64,000 bases of DNA from Defluviitaleaceae bacterium (GCA_009780415.1 WRAC01000004.1:10512-74511); one strand, 5' to 3'; shown: positions 27,646-36,689, counted from the stretch's first letter. Made by a program: numbers and translations. Notes: a model not told the origin generated them from the letters alone.

Positions 27646-27685
27646 ACCGCGCATACCTCTCTTTGGCGCGGCTGGATTGGAGGCA

Positions 27686-28891
27686 ATGCAAATGAATCAT
27701 TTTCAAGGAAAGGCATGGGCTGCTTCCCGCCTTGCCGCCGTTTTTTTGACCATACTGCTTTTGTTAAGCGGCTGCGCGGCCCATGGCGGGTTCAAAACGG
27801 CTACGGCGGGCAACACCCCCGTCACCCGCGCCGGACAGCGCCACAGCTTCCCGCCTATCGTGGCAATAGATATAGGCGGCCCGGCCAGCGCGGCGCAATC
27901 CGACCTTAAAGTCGGGTTTATCTTCAACGGCAGGGTGGGCGACTTCGGCTTTACATACGCGCAAAACCAAGGCGCGCTTGCCCTTATCAGGGAGCTTGGA
28001 GTTGATGTGCTGACGAGGGAAATGGTTCCCCCCGACGAACAAAGCATGGACATTATGCAAGAGCTTATAGATGAAGGCTGCACCGTGATATTCTCGTGCA
28101 GCTTCGGTTTTATGGAATTTACGTACGCCATGGCGGAGAGGAACCCCGGCGTCCGCTTCTTCCACTGCTCCGGATATATGACAAGCGATAATATGTCAGC
28201 CTATTTCGGCAGGATGTACCAGATGCGGTACCTAACCGGCATCGTCGCGGGTCTTCGGACTGAAACAAACTTAATCGGCTACGTGGCGGCGCATCCCATA
28301 CCGGAGGTGCGCAGGGGCATTAACGCCTTCGCGCTGGGTGTGAAAAGCGTGAACCCGGACGCGGCGGTCAACGTTATTTGGACAAACTCGTGGCTGAACA
28401 CGGGTTTGGAGAGGGACCTCGCGCTGGAGCTGGTGCGGATAGGCTGTGACGTAATCGCCCAGCATCAGGACTCCCTGCTTCCCCAAATCGTCGCCGAAGA
28501 AGAGGGCATATGGGGAATAGGGTACAATTCCCCCATGGGCTTCTTTTCCCCGAACGCGTACCTGACCGGCGCCGTATGGAACTGGGGGCCGTATATGGTG
28601 GGCGAGGTCCGGAAGATAATCGACGGCACATGGGAAGCGTCGAATTATTGGGGCGGCCTTGAAACAGGCATTGTTATGCTTGAGGAACTGACGGAAAACG
28701 TCGCGCCCGGTACGCAGGAAGCCGTGGATGAGGCCATGCGGCGCATAATAAGCGGCTTTGACGTCTTTACCGGCCCGATATACGACAATATGGGCGGAAT
28801 ACGCGTCCCCGAAGGGCAAATCATGCCGGACAGCGAGAAGCTGTCAATTACTTGGTTTGTTGACAATGTAACGGAGGTGGGCGCCCCATGA
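27686..28891 (+). CDS. BMP-family (PnrA/Med-like) substrate-binding lipoprotein
   Basis: I moved the start to Met21/Met23 of the ORF (27686/27692, GGAGG RBS). Lipobox LLLLSGC. BMP-type pattern ..KVGFIFNGRVGDFGFTY..GYVAAHPIPEVRRGINAF... No ABC permease or ATPase gene is adjacent. Confidence 0.85.
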   Translation: MQMNHFQGKAWAASRLAAVFLTILLLLSGCAAHGGFKTATAGNTPVTRAGQRHSFPPIVAIDIGGPASAAQSDLKVGFIFNGRVGDFGFTYAQNQGALALIRELGVDVLTREMVPPDEQSMDIMQELIDEGCTVIFSCSFGFMEFTYAMAERNPGVRFFHCSGYMTSDNMSAYFGRMYQMRYLTGIVAGLRTETNLIGYVAAHPIPEVRRGINAFALGVKSVNPDAAVNVIWTNSWLNTGLERDLALELVRIGCDVIAQHQDSLLPQIVAEEEGIWGIGYNSPMGFFSPNAYLTGAVWNWGPYMVGEVRKIIDGTWEASNYWGGLETGIVMLEELTENVAPGTQEAVDEAMRRIISGFDVFTGPIYDNMGGIRVPEGQIMPDSEKLSITWFVDNVTEVGAP

Positions 28892-30480
28892 GTACGATGA
28901 TCAAGAATCTGAGCATCGGCAGGCGTTTGGCGCTTATAATGTGCTTTGCGTTTGTGATGATTATTATAACCGAAACAACGGGCCTGGTTAACAGCCGCCG
29001 ACTGGCGAATGAGATTAATCTGGGGTATGAGGCTATCACCCTTCCGCTGAAGGCAATCGCAAACGCCCGCGGCGAATTTAACGCCATGCGTACGGCTCTG
29101 CATGATCTGGCCTTCGATTTTAACACGGACGAGCAGAACCGCCGGTTTACGGCGGAAATCCTGCGGAATTTAAGCAATTTCGAGGATAATATAATACTTT
29201 ACAAGGAAATACTGGATATTTACGGCACAAACGCTCCCTATGAGCAGGAGGCTGTTGATTACCTGTACGGGATGCTCCTTCCCCTGCGCGAGTATGTGGA
29301 GCATATCATCCCGGTTGCGCAGAGGACGGGCTTTGAGGCCGACGTGGTACGAATCCTCCGGGGCGGCTTCCATGACGCTGCCGAGGATATATCGCTGGAG
29401 CTGATGCTTTTGACGGACATACTTGAGGCGCAGTCCAACGACGCGAACCTCCGCGCGGAAGCCCAGTTCAGGGATACGGTCATACTTTTCGCCGTCGTCC
29501 TCGCGGTCAGTATGATTATCCTCACATTAGGCACTTTGGTATTCGCCCGTTCCATAATAAAGCCCCTCCGCGAAATCACGGATACCGCCCTTGATTTGTC
29601 CAACGGGAACCTTGACACCGCGGACATCGGCTTCCACTCGAAAAACGAGCTGGGTATCCTGGCGGACAGCTTCCGGCATATGATACACGGCTTGAAGGCA
29701 AGGGAACTGATGATTTCCGGCATAACATACGCAAGCCAGATACAGCGGAGCCTTCTGCCGGCGGACAGCGTCTTTGCCGAAGCTTTTGCCGATCATTCCG
29801 TCATATGGGATCCCAAGGACATAGTGGGCGGCGATATCTACTGGATCAAGAATTTCGACGGCGGCGCAATCCTGTGCGTGTGCGACTGCACGGGCCACGG
29901 TACGCCCGGCGCGCTCCTGACGATGCTTGTCGTGTCAACCTTTGAAACCTCCGTGAACGAAACCAATTATATGGACACCGCCGCCGTTATTTGGGAGCTG
30001 GAGAAGCGGCTTACGGCGACGCTGAAGGTTGACGCGGACTCGGATGTAAAGGACGGCTGCGACCTTGCCGTTGTGTTTATCGCCAATGACGGAACCGTCA
30101 GCATATCGTCGGGGAACACCAACGTCTTTGTCTGCGACGGGCAAAAGGTTTCGCGGCTCAGGGGCCAGAGGATACGTGTGGGCGAGGGTTCGGTCAAGGG
30201 CAAGGATAAGATAAAGGTCACCACCGTCCCGGCGGATCCCGCGAATAAGTTCTATATCGCCTCCGACGGGCTGTACGAGCAGGTCGGCGGTGAGGAAAAT
30301 ATACCCTTCGGGTATGATATCATCAAAGAGATTATCCTTGAAAACCACGCCGAGACGCAAAGCGTTATATCGGAAAAGATATGGCGGGCGTTTGAGGCTT
30401 ACAGGGGTGATAACGCAAGGCGCGACGATCTTGAGCTTATAACCTTTATACCAAAAAACGGCAAGGAGGGCACAAACTAA
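28888..30480 (+). CDS. SiaA-like membrane sensor: four-helix-bundle ectodomain-HAMP-PP2C (SpoIIE/RsbU-type) phosphatase
   Basis: 530 aa. ATGA overlap with the lipoprotein stop. Two TM segments, HAMP (..IIKPLREITDTALDLSNGNL..), PP2C motifs ..VGGDIYW.. and ..CDCTGHGTPGALLTM... Confidence 0.85.
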   Translation: MSTMIKNLSIGRRLALIMCFAFVMIIITETTGLVNSRRLANEINLGYEAITLPLKAIANARGEFNAMRTALHDLAFDFNTDEQNRRFTAEILRNLSNFEDNIILYKEILDIYGTNAPYEQEAVDYLYGMLLPLREYVEHIIPVAQRTGFEADVVRILRGGFHDAAEDISLELMLLTDILEAQSNDANLRAEAQFRDTVILFAVVLAVSMIILTLGTLVFARSIIKPLREITDTALDLSNGNLDTADIGFHSKNELGILADSFRHMIHGLKARELMISGITYASQIQRSLLPADSVFAEAFADHSVIWDPKDIVGGDIYWIKNFDGGAILCVCDCTGHGTPGALLTMLVVSTFETSVNETNYMDTAAVIWELEKRLTATLKVDADSDVKDGCDLAVVFIANDGTVSISSGNTNVFVCDGQKVSRLRGQRIRVGEGSVKGKDKIKVTTVPADPANKFYIASDGLYEQVGGEENIPFGYDIIKEIILENHAETQSVISEKIWRAFEAYRGDNARRDDLELITFIPKNGKEGTN

Positions 30481-31049
30481 TGTTTGATATGATGGAATAC
30501 CACAAAACATTGCGGGATCATAAAGTCACGCTTGTTTACACCGGGCCGTTATGGGCCGAAGGTATAGGCGGCGTCGCGACTACGCTGAAAAAACGGCTGG
30601 AGTACGATAACCTGCCTTTAGAAACGTCACAGGAAGTGTTTTCGGTTTTTGTCGAGCAGATGAACAATATGCTGATGTACTCAAAGGAAAGCGAACTGTT
30701 TACAGCGCCGGATGACCTGCATTCCGCCGCTCCCAAGGGGACATTTATACTGGGGACTCTGGGCAAGGCGTATTATATCCATACCGGAAACATAATGAAG
30801 AATGACAGCGCGGAGCTTATCAAAAACCGCATCGACCATTTAAACACGCTGGATAAAAAGGAGCTGCGCAAATTCTTTAAGGAGCAGACGCGCCTTGAGG
30901 ACGACAACCCCGACAGCAAGGGCGCGGGCCTTGGGTTTATCGAGATAGCGCGGCGCATCAGCTCAAAGATAGAGTATGATTTCAAGCCTTATGAAGATGG
31001 GTATACGTTTTTTACGATGTACGTCACAATAGGAGGAGGGGCCGAATAA
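30480..31049 (+). CDS. SiaB-like small protein kinase (GHKL/anti-sigma-kinase-like)
   Basis: 189 aa. TAATG overlap with the upstream gene. ATP-lid-like GAGLGFIEIARR. Confidence 0.7.
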   Translation: MFDMMEYHKTLRDHKVTLVYTGPLWAEGIGGVATTLKKRLEYDNLPLETSQEVFSVFVEQMNNMLMYSKESELFTAPDDLHSAAPKGTFILGTLGKAYYIHTGNIMKNDSAELIKNRIDHLNTLDKKELRKFFKEQTRLEDDNPDSKGAGLGFIEIARRISSKIEYDFKPYEDGYTFFTMYVTIGGGAE

Positions 31050-31426
31050 TGCCATACCACTTGGAGAGAGCAAAGACCGATTTGACCCCTTACGTCCTTA
31101 TAGATGAGGAAAAAGGGTATATGAAGCTTGAGGGCGAAAGCTACCACGAGAATGTCTTCGAGTTTTTTCAGGAAATCCGGTCATGGCTCAGCACGTACCT
31201 AAAAACTGATTTTGATTCGTTTACCTTTGACTGTGAGCTTAAATACTTCAACAGCTCCACCGTAAAAATCCTCCTGGGTATGCTGCTGGAAATGGATGCC
31301 GCGGATAATAGCGGAAACATCACCGTGAACTGGATCACCACCAGAAACAACATGATTATCATTGAGTGCGGCGAGGACTTTGAAGAGGATTTGGAAAACC
31401 TTACGTTTAATCTTATTGCGAATTGA
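31049..31426 (+). CDS. SiaC-like DUF1987 partner-switch phosphoprotein
   Basis: 125 aa. TAATG overlap with the upstream gene. GESYHEN..FF and YFNSSTVK segments match my recollection of the DUF1987/SiaC signature. Confidence 0.75.
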   Translation: MPYHLERAKTDLTPYVLIDEEKGYMKLEGESYHENVFEFFQEIRSWLSTYLKTDFDSFTFDCELKYFNSSTVKILLGMLLEMDAADNSGNITVNWITTRNNMIIIECGEDFEEDLENLTFNLIAN

Positions 31427-31458
31427 TTTTTTACCGTTATTAACGGGGGGTCATTGAA

Positions 31459-32193
31459 GTGCCGGATATATTTGACCGTGAACAGGGCGTACTCGACGAT
31501 GCCTTGAACCATATCAGCGAGATCCGCGGCGGCGCGCCCGTATGCGCCGAGATGTTTGAAACCCTTGCGAAAGAGTACAGGATGCTGTTGAAGCAGCACC
31601 GGAAGGTTATCAAGATTTCCGACAGGGCCTCGTCGAACATGATAACCGACCAAAAGGGCCAGATTACCGATTTATCGGGAAAAGTACATATAGATATGCT
31701 TACGGGTATCTTCAACAGGCGTTATATGGAGGAAGCCCTGAACAGTGTTGTGAAAACAATGCAGCGTGCCGGCGGCGGGCTGCTCAGCGTTCTGATGATG
31801 GACGTTGATTATTTCAAGAAATACAACGATACGTACGGGCACGCGGATGGGGATGTCTGCCTTAAAGCCGTGGCCGGGGCAATCAAGGGCAGCCTGACGC
31901 GGGAGGACGATTTTACCGCAAGGTACGGCGGGGAGGAGTTTGCCGTCGTTTTGCCCAACACCGACGAGGACGGCGCGTGCATGATAGCCGAGAGGATACT
32001 CGAAAACGTAAGAAGCCGCAGAATTCTCCACGAAAAAAGCGAGGCGGCCCCTTATGTCACCGTGTCGATAGGCATTGCCACGGGGGATGTGCTGAACATA
32101 CAGACCGGCATGGAGTATATCAAATTCGCCGACGACGCTTTGTACCAATCGAAAGGAAACGGGCGTAACAGGTATACCGTAGGCAGACAGTGA
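31459..32193 (+). CDS. GGDEF diguanylate cyclase (SiaD-like)
   Basis: 244 aa with a GTG start after GGGGGG. Helical N-terminus, then DMLTGIFNRR, A-site GGEEF and an upstream I-site REDD (RxxD). Confidence 0.9.
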   Translation: MPDIFDREQGVLDDALNHISEIRGGAPVCAEMFETLAKEYRMLLKQHRKVIKISDRASSNMITDQKGQITDLSGKVHIDMLTGIFNRRYMEEALNSVVKTMQRAGGGLLSVLMMDVDYFKKYNDTYGHADGDVCLKAVAGAIKGSLTREDDFTARYGGEEFAVVLPNTDEDGACMIAERILENVRSRRILHEKSEAAPYVTVSIGIATGDVLNIQTGMEYIKFADDALYQSKGNGRNRYTVGRQ

Positions 32194-32211
32194 TTGTAAG
32201 GAGATCATCCT

Positions 32212-32909
32212 ATGCCGGCAGAAAACATGACACGCCGCCAGCGCGTACTGGCCGCCGTTAACCGCCAGATTCCCGACAGAATGCCCATCGACCTGGGTAT
32301 GCATTTTTCAACCGGGATATCGGCGTTCCCGACCATGTACAGATGCTGGCACGCGTACAGCGCGACGTCCTCGAACATTTCCGATGCGATACCATACTGC
32401 TTAACCCCGCATGCAAAAGCCCCGTCAAATGGGATGTACGCGAGGATTATTCGTTCTAGGTCTCCGATAAATCGGTGCCGGTTTTAAACGATAACGGCGA
32501 CTGGATTGTGTCCCGAAACGGCTTGTCCATGCGTATGCCCAAAGGCGGGTACTTTTTTGACGGCGATTGGCTGTCTGCAAATGAATATGCCGGTGAGGAC
32601 GATATCAAGGTATTCCTGCACGCATGCGGTTCTATCGAACCCCTGATTCCTTACATTATAGAAGCGGGCGTTGATATCCTGAACCCCGTGCAGATATCTG
32701 CCGCCAATATGGATCCCGCCGTATTAAAGGAGCGTTACGGGGATAAAATATGCTTCTGGGGCGGTGGCTGCGATACGCAAAGTATTTTGCCCAATCCCTC
32801 CCCCGATGAAATACGGGGGCATGTCCTTACGAAAACATTGCCGCCATGCTGGATACGGCTTATGAGGGGAGTTTTTATTAACCATCCTGTCAACGGAAAT
32901 AAATACTAA
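32212..32909 (+). pseudogene. decayed uroporphyrinogen-decarboxylase (URO-D) family gene
   Basis: An N-terminal fragment (RQRVLAAVNRQIPDRMPIDLG) ends in a frameshift near 32325. The homologous frame resumes (DHVQMLARVQRDVLEHF..) and hits an in-frame TAG at 32457-32459. It continues (..FLHACGSIEPLIPYIIEAGVDILNPVQ..) and shifts again near 32830 (ENIAAMLDTAYE in another frame). Total length is far below the ~340-370 aa expected. Confidence 0.75.
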
Positions 32910-33028
32910 TGTAAACCCATATACCGGACGATAGAATGTATATGACACGGAATGTAAATTTCTCCACGGATGGATGAGTCCGGGAGTCGTTTTTTTATAC
33001 GACAATTCTAATTCGGGGGTTGAATAGT

Positions 33029-34285
33029 ATGTTAATCAATAACCATTTCACCAGTTTCGCAAGCTTCAGCAGCATGAGTAAGCTGCATATGCAAAAAACG
33101 CAGTCCGTAACAAGCATCGGTAATTTTTTCGGGGCCAACGCCTCTTCATTAATGAAAAGCGCGCAGAACTTTGTTTCCGTGACCACTGTCCAAATGACGA
33201 GGATCAGCGTCACAATGAGCGCGTTTACCAGCAGCAGCCGCACTCTTTACGACAATAAAACCGCGGTGTCCGGCGACCCGGATTTATTGGAAATCAAATC
33301 CCATGACGGGAAAGGGTTTCAGGATAAAAAGGTAAAGATAGACCAGATTGCCACATCGCAGCAAAACACGGGCAAGATGATGAACGTGAACGCGAACCCC
33401 GGAACTCAAAAAGACAGTGTGTACCGTTTTGAAATTGAAGTGGACGGCGAAAGGCATGAACTGTCTTTTGAGGTTGATCATAAAGAAACAAACAAGGGCT
33501 TCCAGCAAAAGATGGCCGACGCGGTAAACGCGGCGGGTATAGGCGTCACCGCCTCCGTCATCACCGATAAAGACGGCAAAAACAGCATGCTTAGCCTGGA
33601 AAGCAAAGCCACGGGCGCAAACGAAAGCGGCGGCCCTCATTTCACCGTAAGGGATATACAAGGAAACGCGGTGGAGTATACGGGCGTCGGCACGGCGGCG
33701 CAGGAAGCAAAGGACGCCGTATTTTCCGTAAACGGCGAAAAGCGCACTTCCAAATCGAATGACGTTGACCTGGGCGACGGCGTTACCGCGACGTTGAAAA
33801 AGGCGTCAGACAAAGAGATTTCCGTAACACTTCAGAAGGATACCCAAGCCATGCTGGACGGGATGCACACTATGGTGAACAGTTATAACAAGATACTGGA
33901 AGCCGCAAGGAACAACCAAGGCGATAAGCACACAAGAATGTTTATGATGAGCTTTGAGCTGACGGTGGTATCCTCCAGAACCGTGCTTAAAGAAGTCGGC
34001 GTAAACGCAGACGAAAAGGGCTTCCTTTCCGTCGATTCCAAGAAGATGAAGGAAGCGGCGGAAAGCGGCGCGATAGAGCGGTTCTTTACGGGCGAAAAGG
34101 CAACCGGGCGCGGTTTTATCGGTCAGCTGGGAAAACTCATCAACGATTTCCATAAAAACCCGTGGCAGTTTGTAAGCCCGGCATTGGGCAGGCTGCCTAT
34201 GCACGGCACGTTGATTGGCGATAACGGGTTTAACGGTTCAAGCCCCTTTGAATTACTGCATAGGATGCTTGATATAAAAGGATAA
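33029..34285 (+). CDS. FliD-like (flagellar cap / hook-associated protein 2-like) protein, paralog 1
   Basis: The start is probably ATG 33029, with GGGGG 9 nt upstream. FliD-type central and C-terminal pattern: ..KIDQIATSQQNTG.., ..AVFSVNGEKRTSKSNDVDLGDGVTATL.., ..VNSYNKILEAA.., ..GVNADEKGFLSVDSKKM... The canonical FliD N-terminal segment was not recognised. Confidence 0.5.
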   Translation: MLINNHFTSFASFSSMSKLHMQKTQSVTSIGNFFGANASSLMKSAQNFVSVTTVQMTRISVTMSAFTSSSRTLYDNKTAVSGDPDLLEIKSHDGKGFQDKKVKIDQIATSQQNTGKMMNVNANPGTQKDSVYRFEIEVDGERHELSFEVDHKETNKGFQQKMADAVNAAGIGVTASVITDKDGKNSMLSLESKATGANESGGPHFTVRDIQGNAVEYTGVGTAAQEAKDAVFSVNGEKRTSKSNDVDLGDGVTATLKKASDKEISVTLQKDTQAMLDGMHTMVNSYNKILEAARNNQGDKHTRMFMMSFELTVVSSRTVLKEVGVNADEKGFLSVDSKKMKEAAESGAIERFFTGEKATGRGFIGQLGKLINDFHKNPWQFVSPALGRLPMHGTLIGDNGFNGSSPFELLHRMLDIKG

Positions 34286-34311
34286 TTTACGGTTAAAGGG
34301 TGTTTTAAAGG

Positions 34312-35142
34312 GTGAAGAAAGGGTTTATATCATTTGCAATGGCGTTGTTGAGCGTACTTATTCCCGCCGCGGAAATCGCGGCGGGTTATCCCGTTATCCC
34401 GGAAGCCGGCGAACACTTTGAAATTTACAGCATTGAGGGAACCGCCGGTTCGGTGACGGGCCAAAGATGGGTGAATATGCTTGCGTGGCGCGAACAGGCT
34501 CGCGTATTGGCGCAGCGGTACCGCGATATCGTGTTTGTAAACATGGATCCCGCCGATAACGCCGTATACCTCACATTCGACGACGGCCCCGACACCGCGA
34601 ACACGGTCAAGGTAATGAGCATATTGAAAGAATACGGCGTTACGGCCACTTTCTTCTTCACGGGGTCGAACATCGAGAGGCACCCCGCCGTGGTTAAGCA
34701 AGCCCATGACGCCGGGTTCGCCATAGGGCTTCACAGCTGCAGCCACGCCCGCATGACAGAGCTTACCGAAGATGAAATACTGTCCGAGCTGAACAGGAAC
34801 AATGATTTACTGGAGACGGCAACAGGCGCGCGGTCTGGGATTATGCGCCCTCCCTTCGGGGCTTTGGGCGATAGGGAGATAGAAATAATAGATAATTCAG
34901 GCCTCCGGATATATCTGTGGTCAATTGATACCTTGGATTGGGCGCAGAGCGACCCTTCCGAAATTCTGCGAAACATAAAGGATTACATCCGCCCCGGCGA
35001 CATAATCCTTATGCACAGCGGCCCGGGCCAATCCAAGAGCGCTGAGATACTGCCGTCTGTTATTGAGTTTATACGGGACGCGGGCTATGAAATGAGGGCG
35101 CTCCCGGTTACAGCCCCGCCTTCTTCATGTTATCAAAACTGA
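34312..35142 (+). CDS. polysaccharide deacetylase family protein (NodB domain), secreted
   Basis: GTG start and a signal peptide. NodB motifs YLTFDDGPD and GLHSCSH. Confidence 0.85.
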   Translation: MKKGFISFAMALLSVLIPAAEIAAGYPVIPEAGEHFEIYSIEGTAGSVTGQRWVNMLAWREQARVLAQRYRDIVFVNMDPADNAVYLTFDDGPDTANTVKVMSILKEYGVTATFFFTGSNIERHPAVVKQAHDAGFAIGLHSCSHARMTELTEDEILSELNRNNDLLETATGARSGIMRPPFGALGDREIEIIDNSGLRIYLWSIDTLDWAQSDPSEILRNIKDYIRPGDIILMHSGPGQSKSAEILPSVIEFIRDAGYEMRALPVTAPPSSCYQN

Positions 35143-35866
35143 GCTTCAAGGATTCAAACGGATCCCTGCCGTTGCAATCGTCCTGCTCCACAACCGCCCA
35201 TTCCACGCCTGTTTCCTTACAGGCGGAAATTATCGCGTCCCAGTTCAGGTTTCCTTCCATAACCTCCGCGAATTTCCTTTGTTTGGCGATTATACTGTAA
35301 TCCTTGAAATGGATCGTCTCTATCCTGCCTTTTAGTTTTTTAATCCAAAAAACGGGATCCGCGCCGCCGGCCTGTACCCAGAACACATCAAGTATAATAC
35401 CCAGCAGCTCCGCCTCAAACGCGTCCAGCAAATAATCCAGCATCAATTTACCGTCAAATTTCTCAAACTCAAAATCATGGTTATGGTACATAAACCGGAA
35501 ACCGTTTTTACGCAATGTTTCCGCGGCGGGTTTATAGTCGCTGATAAATTGTCTGACCGTTTCGGCGTTTTCCCTGTATTTGTCCGGCATAGAGCCTATG
35601 CCTATGCGTTTTGTGCCGAAAACCTTATGATCGCTGATAACTTTCTCCGTATTTTCCAGCAGCGCGTCGCTGCCGCAATGCGTCACGGCGATTTCCAGGC
35701 CGTATTTATCGGCTGTTTTCCTAATGTTGTCCGCCCCGTAATCCCAAATGGGTGACAATTGAACGCCGCTGTAGCCGATTGCGGCCACCTTTCCCATGCT
35801 TTCCTCAAAACCTTCAAAGGTCTTGCAAAAATCCCTGACCGTGTACATCTGTGCGCCCAGTTTCAT
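35108..35866 (-). CDS. sugar phosphate isomerase/epimerase (xylose isomerase-like TIM barrel)
   Basis: 252 aa. Typical pattern ..YSGVQLS.., ..FMYHNHDFEF.., ..IHFKD... Its 3' end overlaps the convergent deacetylase gene by 35 nt. Confidence 0.75.
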   Translation of the reverse strand: MKLGAQMYTVRDFCKTFEGFEESMGKVAAIGYSGVQLSPIWDYGADNIRKTADKYGLEIAVTHCGSDALLENTEKVISDHKVFGTKRIGIGSMPDKYRENAETVRQFISDYKPAAETLRKNGFRFMYHNHDFEFEKFDGKLMLDYLLDAFEAELLGIILDVFWVQAGGADPVFWIKKLKGRIETIHFKDYSIIAKQRKFAEVMEGNLNWDAIISACKETGVEWAVVEQDDCNGRDPFESLKLSFDNMKKAGL

Positions 35867-35951
35867 AATCAGACCATACCTTTCTATTTTTTAAATTAAT
35901 ACCGCGTATACCATGATTCCGTTAATATTATCTCTGCCGTTTTGCATAAAT

Positions 35952-36689
35952 TCATCTGTTTCTGCTTTGTTTTTTTGACAAATGGAACGGCAGGGTTGTA
36001 ATAAAAATAAACGGCGCGAACAGCAGCAGCGACGGAAGTAAAAAGAAAAACTCATACGGCAGGATACGCCAGAAAAGTTCGGTAAAGAAATCCCCTTTCA
36101 AGCCGTATGTAAAGAAATAATTGGATTCGGGCGCAATACCCGACGTCCTGAGAACTATATTTACAACATGTATGATAAAAGTCAGCGCGGTCAAAACCGC
36201 CGCGGGCTGCCAAATAACCTTAAAGGACGGCGTGTAGAGCTTAAACCTGACCAGCATTACCGGAATAACGGCTAACATGCTGTGGTAGTAAAAGTAGACG
36301 ATGCTTGTGAATTCAAACAACGGGCGCGATCTGAACGCAGGGTCCACGGTGACAAGGGCAAGCGCGGCTAAAACGGTTCCGAAATAAAACTGATAAGCCA
36401 TGAGATGCTTGTTCCTTGTAAAAATTGCCAAAGGAAGGAGAATAAGGTTGATATTGCAAAAATGCAGGGGCAGATTCATAAAAATATCAAAATCATATGC
36501 GGGGTCACGGGCCTGTACAATTTTATAAGAGAGATAGAGCAAGGCATTGAAACAGCATATCAGCAGCAAGTTATTTCTCAGTCTTTTTTCATTGCTTTTC
36601 TTTAACGCGAAATTCAAAGCCAAATAGCAAATGCCGGGTATGGCGGTAAAAGCAAGTATATGCATTAGGTTAAACGCTTCTATTATCAT
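35952..36689 (-). CDS. YwaF-like (TIGR02206-type) integral membrane protein
   Basis: I moved the start to ATG 36689 (GAGAGGGG RBS). Polytopic membrane protein. ..LPLHFCNINLILLPLAIFTRNKHL.. resembles the YwaF family. Confidence 0.6.
   Translation of the reverse strand: MIIEAFNLMHILAFTAIPGICYLALNFALKKSNEKRLRNNLLLICCFNALLYLSYKIVQARDPAYDFDIFMNLPLHFCNINLILLPLAIFTRNKHLMAYQFYFGTVLAALALVTVDPAFRSRPLFEFTSIVYFYYHSMLAVIPVMLVRFKLYTPSFKVIWQPAAVLTALTFIIHVVNIVLRTSGIAPESNYFFTYGLKGDFFTELFWRILPYEFFFLLPSLLLFAPFIFITTLPFHLSKKQSRNR

Noticed and set aside
32326-32470. A minus-strand open frame (..IGDLERIILAYIPFDGAFACGVKQYGIASEMFEDVALYACQHLYMV..) that looked protein-like.
   Set aside because: It is the antisense of a plus-strand frame (DHVQMLARVQRDVLEHFRCDTILLNP..) that matches the URO-D family pattern and is in frame with the downstream fragment. 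It is therefore part of the pseudogene, not a separate gene.
32910-33028. Sigma-D (sigma-28) flagellar promoter upstream of the FliD-like genes (also checked 62749-62844).
   Set aside because: No TAAA-N15-GCCGATAA arrangement is present. CCGATAA-like strings occur, but no TAAA lies at the correct spacing. A sigma-A-like TTTACT-17-TATAAT fits better at 62780-62808.
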